From an uncultured Gammaproteobacteria bacterium (GTDB lineage: Bacteria > Patescibacteriota > Microgenomatia > Levybacterales > GWA1-39-11), in contig CAYVKP010000004.1 in NCBI GenBank assembly GCA_964452165.1, forward strand, positions 5,333 to 69,332: DNA of 64,000 nt. The letters are read 5' to 3'. The translations under genes and the position numbers were made by a program. Shown in pieces: positions 57,292 through 64,000 of the stretch. Within the stretch, counting starts at the first letter, position 1. Every line of letters begins with the position of its first letter. The notes below the pieces were generated by a model. That model had not been told where the DNA came from and searched no databases. It saw only the letters and a list, made by a program, of their open reading frames with translations.

Positions 57292-57702
57292 ATGCACGTT
57301 GAAATCACGGCCACTGTCGCTCAGTGGTTCTACGACAATTATCGCGAAAAAGCGCTGTTCGACAACCTACGGGAAGCATGGCAACAAGCTGTCACTGACA
57401 AGCTGATTCATTCCAAAGACGAGTACGAGGTAGCAACCACCTTCCTACCCGCCAGCCTAAGCGCCGGTCGGCTTCTATCACTCAAGATAGACTGCTACGG
57501 AGTGTGGCCGTTCATGGCGGGCACCGGATTCATGGAGCACCTTGGAAGAGTTACCTCGGACGCGGTCCGAAGATACCATACGGGCTCCAACAGCCTGAAG
57601 ATGAGGGTGATAGTCGAGTCTCACCGTGAGGCAACAGTCGCACCCAACATCCCGCTCGAACTCGCTGAACCCGTCACACAGGGCAATCCTGAGAAAGGTT
57701 AA
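57292..57702 (+). CDS. Island ORF: hypothetical protein (136 aa), paralog of 58122..58538
   Basis: AAGAGGA RBS; MHVEITATV... is similar to MYVKITAEV.... Confidence 0.5.
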   Translation: MHVEITATVAQWFYDNYREKALFDNLREAWQQAVTDKLIHSKDEYEVATTFLPASLSAGRLLSLKIDCYGVWPFMAGTGFMEHLGRVTSDAVRRYHTGSNSLKMRVIVESHREATVAPNIPLELAEPVTQGNPEKG

Positions 57703-57754
57703 ATCGCGGTGCGCGGTTACCTAACGATCCCGCCTAGTTAGAAGGAGAATTCTC

Positions 57755-58108
57755 TTGGAGATCGATGTCTGCACCACTAAGTCCGGACGCTGCGTCCGCT
57801 ACCGCGCGTATTGGGCAAGCCGGGAATTCACGGACCTTTTCTTCCAGTGGGGAGAGGAGTTCCGGGATACCGACAGCGTCGACGTCAGCGAGGCCATCGA
57901 GGCAATCGTTGTGTCTGCGGGAATTGGGATTCATGATTACCAGTTCCTACAGGTCCTACCTGCCAGCGACCCCCGCCTAGCTCTGGTGGCATATATGGTG
58001 GTGGTCCAACAAGGGCCGCAAGGCATCATCGCTACGCGAACGAAGGAGGGACATTCAGTCCCTGCGATGGTCGTGAGCGAATTTCTGGCCAGCGTCGACG
58101 CGGCCTAA
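57755..58108 (+). CDS. Island ORF: hypothetical protein (117 aa, TTG start)
   Basis: AAGGAG 7 nt upstream of the TTG at 57755. Confidence 0.45.
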   Translation: MEIDVCTTKSGRCVRYRAYWASREFTDLFFQWGEEFRDTDSVDVSEAIEAIVVSAGIGIHDYQFLQVLPASDPRLALVAYMVVVQQGPQGIIATRTKEGHSVPAMVVSEFLASVDAA

Positions 58109-58121
58109 AGAAGGAGACAGA

Positions 58122-58538
58122 ATGTACGTCAAGATCACGGCTGAAGTGGACCGTAACTTCGTCAAGGCCCTGGGCGAAAACGACTTCATCCGGCTAAACG
58201 CAGGACTGATAACCAGCTGGAAAAGCGCCGTCGCAAAGGACTTCGGAATCCACACCGGAGACATCGACGCATCCATGTTCGAAGTCTACGCGTTCGGCGG
58301 ACAGCTCATGACGATCACGGTCCAACGAATCCTGTCTGTTGTCGGTGACGAAGACTTTGCAGACAGTCACGCCAAGCTGGCAGAAGTGCTTGAGAAGGAA
58401 ACCGCAGGGATCCTTCAACCGCACATGCCTGAGAGAAGAAACAGCACGGTCATGGTTATCATCGACCCGTTGCTCATTGCTCATGTCCACAAACTCGATG
58501 TCCGCAGCTGGTCCGCGGAGGGCGTCAGAGTCAACTAG
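58122..58538 (+). CDS. Island ORF: hypothetical protein (138 aa), paralog of 57292..57702
   Basis: AAGGAG RBS. Confidence 0.5.
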   Translation: MYVKITAEVDRNFVKALGENDFIRLNAGLITSWKSAVAKDFGIHTGDIDASMFEVYAFGGQLMTITVQRILSVVGDEDFADSHAKLAEVLEKETAGILQPHMPERRNSTVMVIIDPLLIAHVHKLDVRSWSAEGVRVN

Positions 58539-58574
58539 CCGGCCCCTTGGCCGAGAAACCGAAAGGTAACGAAC

Positions 58575-59444
58575 ATGGCAACAACTTACAAAGAGCCCGT
58601 TCGTGTGGGCATCAACGGTTTCGGCGACGTGGGGCGATGGGCCTTCCACGAAATCCGCGATCGATATGGCGAGCAGATCAAGGTCGTCGCCATTAACGAC
58701 GCCGACATAGAAACCGACCGGGAAGTAATCATGGCGGCACTTCTCGCGCGCTACCAGGGTGAACTCCCTTCCTGGCTCAACTACAACAGCCACGGCGGAC
58801 TGTCGGTTGACGGCGTCTACGTCTGGCTTTCAAGCTGGGACAAACCCGAGTTAATCCCTTGGGACAACTACGGAGTCCAGATCGTCGTTGACTGCACGGG
58901 CAAGTTCTCGAGCCGCGACAAGGCTTTCCGTCACTTGCACGGTGGTACCGTAGTCAAAAAAGTCATCTGCGTGATGCCGGCAGAAGACATGGACATGCTG
59001 GTCAGGGTGGGGACTGATCACATGCTTTACAAGCCGGAGAGCCAACACCTGATCGGCCAGGACATGGGCGGCATGAGCACCTCCCGTGAGTGCGGCGAAA
59101 ACCTCGCTCACCTGACGGCACTCGTGGCAAGAAAGGGATGGGAACCAATCCCTGTCATGTCGCGACCAAGCGATTACACCACGACATACCCAACGGTGTT
59201 GACGGGCTCTTTCGGGAGTGGGGAAGGCGGAAAACCCCCGATGGCGACTTGCCCAGTCGACGATGAACCCCTCGTCGCTACGCTGGAGTTCGACGGCTTC
59301 GAGTTCATATGCGTAGTCTGCGATGAGAAGTACGGCTTCTTCGCCCCCAAACCGGCGACGTGGACCCAAGAGCTACAGACTCGGTACGACGAGCTGCAGG
59401 AAAGATACCTGGCAGAACGAGAAAAAAGACAAGCCGGCTCGTAG
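58575..59444 (+). CDS. GAPDH-derived NAD-binding pseudo-enzyme with C-terminal Cys-rich (zinc-ribbon-like) tail
   Basis: VRVGINGFGDVGRWAFHEI...KVVAIND matches the GAPDH GINGFGRIGR...IVAIND. Collinear through DNYGVQIVVDCTGKFSSRDKAFRHLHGGTVVKKVICV (cf. DEVGVDVVAEATGLF..HITAGAKKVVMT). Active-site SCTTNC is replaced by STSREC, so the catalytic Cys is lost. C-terminal CPVDDEP...ICVVCDEKYGFF. Confidence 0.55.
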   Translation: MATTYKEPVRVGINGFGDVGRWAFHEIRDRYGEQIKVVAINDADIETDREVIMAALLARYQGELPSWLNYNSHGGLSVDGVYVWLSSWDKPELIPWDNYGVQIVVDCTGKFSSRDKAFRHLHGGTVVKKVICVMPAEDMDMLVRVGTDHMLYKPESQHLIGQDMGGMSTSRECGENLAHLTALVARKGWEPIPVMSRPSDYTTTYPTVLTGSFGSGEGGKPPMATCPVDDEPLVATLEFDGFEFICVVCDEKYGFFAPKPATWTQELQTRYDELQERYLAEREKRQAGS

Positions 59445-59481
59445 CAAGCTGCCCTGACTTACGTCGGAGAAGGATAAAGAG

Positions 59482-59757
59482 GTGGTATCCGAAGACTCTG
59501 GGGACAGTCGCAGCTTCACCATAAATGACGGACCTGATACGGAGGTGGAAAACAGGATCCGTGCAACACTTCTTGGGATTAGACAAAGAGGACTCAAGGG
59601 CTGCTGGCTCTTTATTCCTCCTCGTCTCGAGAAGTTGGCGCAAGACACGCGCAAAGATCTTGAGATGACGACGTGGGAGGCATCGTTCTCCTATCTACCG
59701 GGAACCAAGCGGGAGAAACCCGAGCAAGATCAACCAACGGAGGGAGGTGAAGAATGA
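59482..59757 (+). CDS. Island ORF: hypothetical protein (91 aa, GTG start)
   Basis: SD-like AGGATAAAGAGG upstream. Confidence 0.4.
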   Translation: MVSEDSGDSRSFTINDGPDTEVENRIRATLLGIRQRGLKGCWLFIPPRLEKLAQDTRKDLEMTTWEASFSYLPGTKREKPEQDQPTEGGEE

Positions 59758-60221
59758 GAACTAACACTAGCGCGATCCTGTTCACGGGAACGATCGACGC
59801 ATGCTGCGTATACCTGGCTTATTCGGGAATGAAAACCCCGTACCGGCCGGAGCCCTTCCTAACAGCAGCAGTAGTCAGCGCCCTGTTTGGTTACCTGACA
59901 GGCAAAATGCTCGTCGTGGAGCAACCCTCTAACGGAGACCACGCTGATTGGATGGGCCTAGCCGCTCTGGTCACGATGATCCTCTGCTGCTTGGGAGCCC
60001 TAGCATTGCTGCGATGGCAACCTTTCAGCGAGCTCAAGCTGACCATCATGGAGACCGTCTTTTGGTTTACGGGACTTGCCCTGTGGCCGATTGCGGGTTT
60101 CCTGATCACCGACGCCAAGGTTATCACCGACAACAACAGGAGGAAGACGGATGAAGCTACTGCTTACGGGAGCTGTGCTCGGCCTCATGACAGCCCTGTT
60201 CATCTCCATCGGCAAAACTGA
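59754..60221 (+). CDS. Island ORF: polytopic membrane protein (155 aa; C-terminal 35 aa dubious)
   Basis: ATGA-coupled start; GGAGG RBS; 4 TM helices; the tail overlaps the micro-ORF at 60151. Confidence 0.45.
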   Translation: MRTNTSAILFTGTIDACCVYLAYSGMKTPYRPEPFLTAAVVSALFGYLTGKMLVVEQPSNGDHADWMGLAALVTMILCCLGALALLRWQPFSELKLTIMETVFWFTGLALWPIAGFLITDAKVITDNNRRKTDEATAYGSCARPHDSPVHLHRQN

Positions 60222-60258
60222 GAGCAAGCAGCCCGTCAACGCTGCTATGACAATGTGA
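60151..60258 (+). CDS. Island micro-ORF: 35-aa TM peptide overlapping the previous gene's 3' end in another frame
   Basis: AGGAGG 7 nt upstream; MKLLLTGAVLGLMTALFISIG. Confidence 0.25.
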   Translation: MKLLLTGAVLGLMTALFISIGKTESKQPVNAAMTM

Positions 60259-60268
60259 GGAGAACGAC

Positions 60269-60997
60269 ATGAGCAACGATTGGCGTAGCCAAGCAAGGCG
60301 ACAACAAGGCCGTCCGCGCCGCGTAGAACCGGCTCAACCGGCAGACGCGCAAGCGCCTGAACAAACCGAAGGCCTGGCCTTCGAAGACACGACAGTGTTC
60401 GAGGAACACGACACTAAGCCAGACCAGACCGAAGGGCCTGTCTTGGCAAACGCACTCGAGTGCGACATCGTCGAAGCCGATGACAAGGTCCACGTCTTCG
60501 TAGAGGACGCGGAGACTGACACGTCCTACGACAGACTGGAGGAACTGATCGCAGGAATTCCTGACGAATCTGGCCACATCGTCGTGGTCTACAACAACGT
60601 CCAACGAGGCACAGCTCTCAACCTCGCCAGGCAGTTCGGTCGCAAATGGCCATTGGACGTGGACATTCGCCCACGACCACTCAAGGCAGTCGACCCATCT
60701 GACAATAAGGTCCACTACCTGGACTCTGGCGTCACAATAAGAGGCAACGCGTACGGCCCTCTGACTGACATCATCAGGACGATTCCGGATGAGGAAAGCC
60801 ACACGCTCTTCGTCAACAACATCGTACAGCGCGGTATCGCTGTCGCTGTTGCGATAGATCTCGGTCGTAAGCATGACCTAGACGTCCGAGTCCGCCCAAC
60901 GGAAGGCGAAACCTTGCGTGAAGCGGCAGAGCAAGCGGGTCTGACAGTCGGCGTCGAGATCGATTCGAAAGACGGTCTTACCAACCCGCTCAACTAG
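60269..60997 (+). CDS. Island ORF: acidic protein (242 aa) with tandem duplicated about 85-aa domain
   Basis: IPDESGHIVVVYNNVQRGTALNLARQFGRKWPLDVDIRPRP and IPDEESHTLFVNNIVQRGIAVAVAIDLGRKHDLDVRVRPTEG repeats; GAGGAG RBS. Confidence 0.5.
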   Translation: MSNDWRSQARRQQGRPRRVEPAQPADAQAPEQTEGLAFEDTTVFEEHDTKPDQTEGPVLANALECDIVEADDKVHVFVEDAETDTSYDRLEELIAGIPDESGHIVVVYNNVQRGTALNLARQFGRKWPLDVDIRPRPLKAVDPSDNKVHYLDSGVTIRGNAYGPLTDIIRTIPDEESHTLFVNNIVQRGIAVAVAIDLGRKHDLDVRVRPTEGETLREAAEQAGLTVGVEIDSKDGLTNPLN

Positions 60998-61054
60998 TAG
61001 AAATCTGAGAGGTCGAAGTTCGACACTCCAGTGAAGTTAACAAGGAGAACACGG

Positions 61055-61561
61055 ATGACAATTCAAGTTTCACCTGCGCAGCACGCTGCCGACGCCGTGA
61101 AGTTCTGGGCCACCCACATCCTGGGTATCATCAACGCCTCTGATGGTCGTCTCTACGGCGCCCGCGTGCTTGTGGTTCACAGCGATGAGCCCATCGAGAA
61201 GCGCGACGCTCCGGACAAGGAGAAGACCGCGGAAGGCCTGGAGAAACTCATCGTTCTCGAATGGACGCTGGGCGAGGAAGACGCCGACTTCAACAAGCAA
61301 GCTCGGAACAGGGCCCTTCGTTCTTACCAGAACGGCCGGCCAAGCCGAGAAGATACGGGACAAGGCCCAAACGATGCAGGACAAGGCCCCGGCGCCATTA
61401 TCACAGATGAATACGACATCGTCTCCGTCTGCGGTCTTGGCTTTACCGGCAACGAACCCGTCGCAACGCGCATCGGCGAGCGCATTTCTTATCTGAGGGC
61501 GCAAGCCGCTGGCAACACCAAAGTAGCTGGCAGCAGCGATAAGGAAGACGGCGCCAACTAA
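61055..61561 (+). CDS. Island ORF: hypothetical protein (168 aa)
   Basis: AAGGAG 8 nt upstream of the ATG at 61055; the track start at 61031 is an upstream GTG. Confidence 0.45.
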   Translation: MTIQVSPAQHAADAVKFWATHILGIINASDGRLYGARVLVVHSDEPIEKRDAPDKEKTAEGLEKLIVLEWTLGEEDADFNKQARNRALRSYQNGRPSREDTGQGPNDAGQGPGAIITDEYDIVSVCGLGFTGNEPVATRIGERISYLRAQAAGNTKVAGSSDKEDGAN

Positions 61562-61848
61562 TTCCCGGAGCAACACAACTGAATATCAGGTGCGGAAACA
61601 ACGCTAAGACGATCTGATCGATCGAAGCGTTCGCGGAAGAGATGCGAGATATGTATAGTGTAGGAGGCTCACGCCTTTCTACTTTAGTCAATTAATTTTG
61701 ACATATACCTCTACCTCCATCTCTTCCGCCCACACCATAAATTTGAAAATCTAAACTTAAATTTACAATTTTTAATTATTTCTTCTTATCAATCCAGAAT
61801 ATAATCTTCGTACTAAATTCTTACTCTTTTGCGACGTGGATTTCCTTT

Positions 61849-62018
61849 TGTTATAATCCAGATCAAGTAGTTCTCTGTGACGGCGCGAATCACGACTTTT
61901 GCTTGTCTTGATATAGTGCCCCACAACGGGACACTTTTTTCTTTGGAAGACGTGACGTCCAGAAGCAAACGCAAGCTTCAAAGACTACTCGCCTGAAGAA
62001 GAGATCGCACCTGAACAA
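61849..62018 (+). promoter_or_regulatory. Regulatory cassette copy B: -10 boxes (TGtTATAAT 61849-61857; TTGATATAGT 61907-61916), hairpin GTGCCCC-acaac-GGGACAC plus T6 (61916-61940), conserved tail ...GATCGCACCTGAACAA
   Basis: Read directly; sits in a roughly 500-nt AT-rich non-coding gap inside the GC-rich island. Confidence 0.55.
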
Positions 62019-62056
62019 AAGGAACTTATACAAATTCATGGAAGGACGGTACCCTC

Positions 62057-62347
62057 ATGGCACGAATAAAAACCGTTCTTGTTGCTGACAACGACATACC
62101 TGGTGACTACGTCATCTTCCCAATTCGTTGGGTCTACAAAATCGACCCCATGCGAGGACAGGAAGTTGACGCGGCCGTATTACTCGGTCTCACCAATTTG
62201 GTCAACGGTAACAAACGTAAGATGATCTATTCCACCAGGAAGAGAGACGCCCAACGAATGAAGAGGCGAATCGAAAGCCTAGCGAGAAAAATCCCACCTA
62301 GGAGAAAACGGAGAAGGAGGAAAGAAGAAACTCAACCCGCCAACTAA
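62057..62347 (+). CDS. Island ORF: hypothetical protein with Arg/Lys-rich tail (96 aa)
   Basis: First gene after cassette B; C-terminal PPRRKRRRRKEE. Confidence 0.45.
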   Translation: MARIKTVLVADNDIPGDYVIFPIRWVYKIDPMRGQEVDAAVLLGLTNLVNGNKRKMIYSTRKRDAQRMKRRIESLARKIPPRRKRRRRKEETQPAN

Positions 62348-62370
62348 ACCAACAGGAGGAGGACACGAGC

Positions 62371-62580
62371 GTGACGAACAGCGGTTACGAATATGACGAC
62401 GAGCGTCCTAGAGAGGATCCACCTCGCCAACCTTTTGGTGGCGCCGTGAGACCTAAGAATCGCAGACCGGTTGGTGATAGCCAATCCGGCATTTTGGCCG
62501 ACCCGGACTGCGAGGACTGCGACGGTTCAAGTGTCAACAAGTACACAGGCCAACGCTGTCACTGCACTCGCAACATCTAG
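62371..62580 (+). CDS. Island ORF: small Cys-rich protein (69 aa, GTG start)
   Basis: AGGAGGAGG RBS; DPDCEDCDGSSVNKYTGQRCHC. Confidence 0.35.
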   Translation: MTNSGYEYDDERPREDPPRQPFGGAVRPKNRRPVGDSQSGILADPDCEDCDGSSVNKYTGQRCHCTRNI

Positions 62581-62626
62581 TCCCGCTCGAAAGAGCTTTC
62601 AACCCAACATGGGAGGAGGTGATGAA

Positions 62627-62749
62627 ATGAACACAACGGCGAGTAAGTTCGTCCAGAGACACTGGATCAAGATCGCGATCTTCGCGTCCTTGGTTTGGAT
62701 GCTCTCGGGTATCGGTAAGTATTTCGACGGCTCACCGCCTTCGAACTAG
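62627..62749 (+). CDS. Island micro-ORF: 40-aa single-TM peptide
   Basis: GGGAGGAGG RBS; WIKIAIFASLVWMLSGIG TM. Confidence 0.3.
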   Translation: MNTTASKFVQRHWIKIAIFASLVWMLSGIGKYFDGSPPSN

Positions 62750-62798
62750 GGATTCCATCAACTAACTACTGGCACGATTCGATTCGGAGGGAAGATCC

Positions 62799-63065
62799 TT
62801 GAAGCAGCAGAGGCAGACAGAGCAGCGGTATCAAGGTACCACGCGAGACAGATCTCGCAGTCCACAACCGCAGCAACCTGCCCGAAGCGCTATCAGGATA
62901 CCCGACCACCATTTCAGCGAAGAGCTGGATAGAGCCCTGATTCAGGTGAAAAGGACAGGCGTTCCGCTTGTCGTAAAGACCTACGAGCAGGAAATGGAAG
63001 CCAGAAGGAGGGCTAGAGAGAGGTACGGAATCACCGGCACCATAGACGTTACCGTCAAGGGTTAA
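62799..63065 (+). CDS. Island ORF: hypothetical protein (88 aa, TTG start)
   Basis: GGAGGG 7 nt upstream. Confidence 0.4.
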   Translation: MKQQRQTEQRYQGTTRDRSRSPQPQQPARSAIRIPDHHFSEELDRALIQVKRTGVPLVVKTYEQEMEARRRARERYGITGTIDVTVKG

Positions 63066-63123
63066 TCCCCAACACGAGCGTCATCAACCCAACTACTGGG
63101 AGTTCACATGGAGGAACCACGAG

Positions 63124-63366
63124 TTGAAACAAGATACACGAGACCACGCCCCTGGTGAAGACTGGTACATTGGACCGGATCTTCTGGACTGGCCAAGACG
63201 CATAAAGAGCATTCTGGCTAAGGTCAGCATCAGGCTCGGCGAACATGTCTACGTGTCTCAAGAACCACACCAGCTAATGGACGTGGTCCTGGAGGAAGCC
63301 AAGTCCTTCCCCCACCTGATAGAACACGACCGAATCCATTCCGCTCCTGCCCAAGTCGCGGCATGA
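63124..63366 (+). CDS. Island ORF: hypothetical protein (80 aa, TTG start)
   Basis: GGAGGA upstream. Confidence 0.35.
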   Translation: MKQDTRDHAPGEDWYIGPDLLDWPRRIKSILAKVSIRLGEHVYVSQEPHQLMDVVLEEAKSFPHLIEHDRIHSAPAQVAA

Positions 63367-63418
63367 GCACCGTATCAACCATCAACCCAGACCCCTGGGA
63401 AAAGGAGTAGCCCCCGCC

Positions 63419-63736
63419 ATGACGCAAACAGTAGTAGAATTTCACGACGCCTTCAGCATGAAGGAGGTCAAGCTCCGGGGTTGTCCAAAAGGATGCAAGC
63501 ATCCCAAGGCCGGCACCATCGAGCCCGACACTGAGTTGACACCCAACAACTGTGAGTACATCCAGATGTACCACGATCACATCGACTGCGGTGCCAACTT
63601 CGTCGTGATGCCCACGGAGGGAGTCGAGCGAGTGAAGTCAGCCTTCCTGCCCGACGTCGAGTATCGACTCGTCCCACACCCTCTGCTGGCCCAAGCAAGC
63701 GATCAACTGCCGACGGCAACGAGTCCGCTGGCATGA
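63419..63736 (+). CDS. Island ORF: hypothetical protein (105 aa) with C-x3-C and C-x..C residues
   Basis: AAGGAG RBS. Confidence 0.4.
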   Translation: MTQTVVEFHDAFSMKEVKLRGCPKGCKHPKAGTIEPDTELTPNNCEYIQMYHDHIDCGANFVVMPTEGVERVKSAFLPDVEYRLVPHPLLAQASDQLPTATSPLA

Positions 63737-64000
63737 CCACGGCAACAACGTCTACCGCGCTGGTCGACGAGATCGTCAAACAACACGTCCGAGTGTACAT
63801 ACGGCGCCAAGCCAAGCGCAACACGCCGTGCGGTTACATTCTCGGAGAGCCGATGCGGACGATAGGACCTGTGACCCTTTACGTATGTGGTCGCTGTGCA
63901 CCGATTCTTCCGGTCGACGCCATTTTCGGCTTGATTGACGACCCGGACACCGCTCTGCCCGAGGATCTTGACCTCGAGTTTGAGTTAATGCCGGTACACC
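63734..64000 (+). CDS. Island ORF, 3'-truncated by the window end (ATGA-coupled)
   Basis: ATG overlaps the upstream TGA; the ORF is open to position 64000. Confidence 0.4.

Noticed and set aside
58194-61576. Long antisense ORFs in the island (58194..58793, 58851..59369, 60245..60874, 61070..61576 on the minus strand)
   Set aside because: GC-rich DNA generates long stop-free antisense frames. The + strand frames have canonical RBSs, coupling and internal paralogy; the minus frames have none.
1-64000. CRISPR arrays, IS elements, integrases, restriction-modification or known toxin-antitoxin genes
   Set aside because: No regularly spaced direct repeats and no transposase, recombinase, methyltransferase or nuclease signatures were recognised in any frame.

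Overview
The window divides into two parts with different composition. Positions 1 to about 54.3 kb are AT-rich (roughly 35-40% GC by eye), gene-dense and bidirectional, with the look of a reduced-genome bacterium. The many small anchored or secreted proteins, ribosomal proteins with extensions, and frequent leaderless starts behind an extended -10 box suggest a CPR/Patescibacteria-like organism; that is inference, not a search result. This part contains clear core genes: fmt, rpmB, rplL, rplJ, dprA, a mreC-mreD-PBP2 cluster, a sortase, a DsbA/DsbB pair, ndk, an M16 peptidase, argS, an ECF sigma operon, galU, secE-nusG-rplK-rplA, galT, era, obg, a NadM-type NMN adenylyltransferase, a CAP-domain protein, a SemiSWEET-like PQ-loop protein and a class A beta-lactamase-like hydrolase. 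It also has three canonical tRNAs (Pro-CGG, Arg-CCU, Trp-CCA), one aberrant tRNA-like gene with its own promoter, and a tandem array of five paralogous membrane-anchored surface proteins (10.5-15.9 kb). Each of those five starts MEENNQ and ends ILSTFKFT, and more diverged members of the same module are scattered elsewhere in the window. From about 54.3 kb to the window end the sequence is abruptly GC-rich (roughly 55-60%). It holds more than 20 co-directional, tightly packed or overlapping small ORFs with strong GGAGG-type ribosome binding sites and frequent GTG/TTG starts, several tiny transmembrane peptides, a catalytically dead GAPDH-derived NAD-binding protein fused to a Cys-rich tail, internal paralogs, and two copies of a roughly 170-nt AT-rich regulatory cassette (extended -10 promoter, then hairpin and T-run, then a conserved GCACCTGAACAA tail) heading two gene blocks. 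This looks like an integrated phage or mobile-element early region, or alternatively a chimeric join, and is the most likely novel system in the window. No CRISPR array, integrase, transposase or rRNA was seen.
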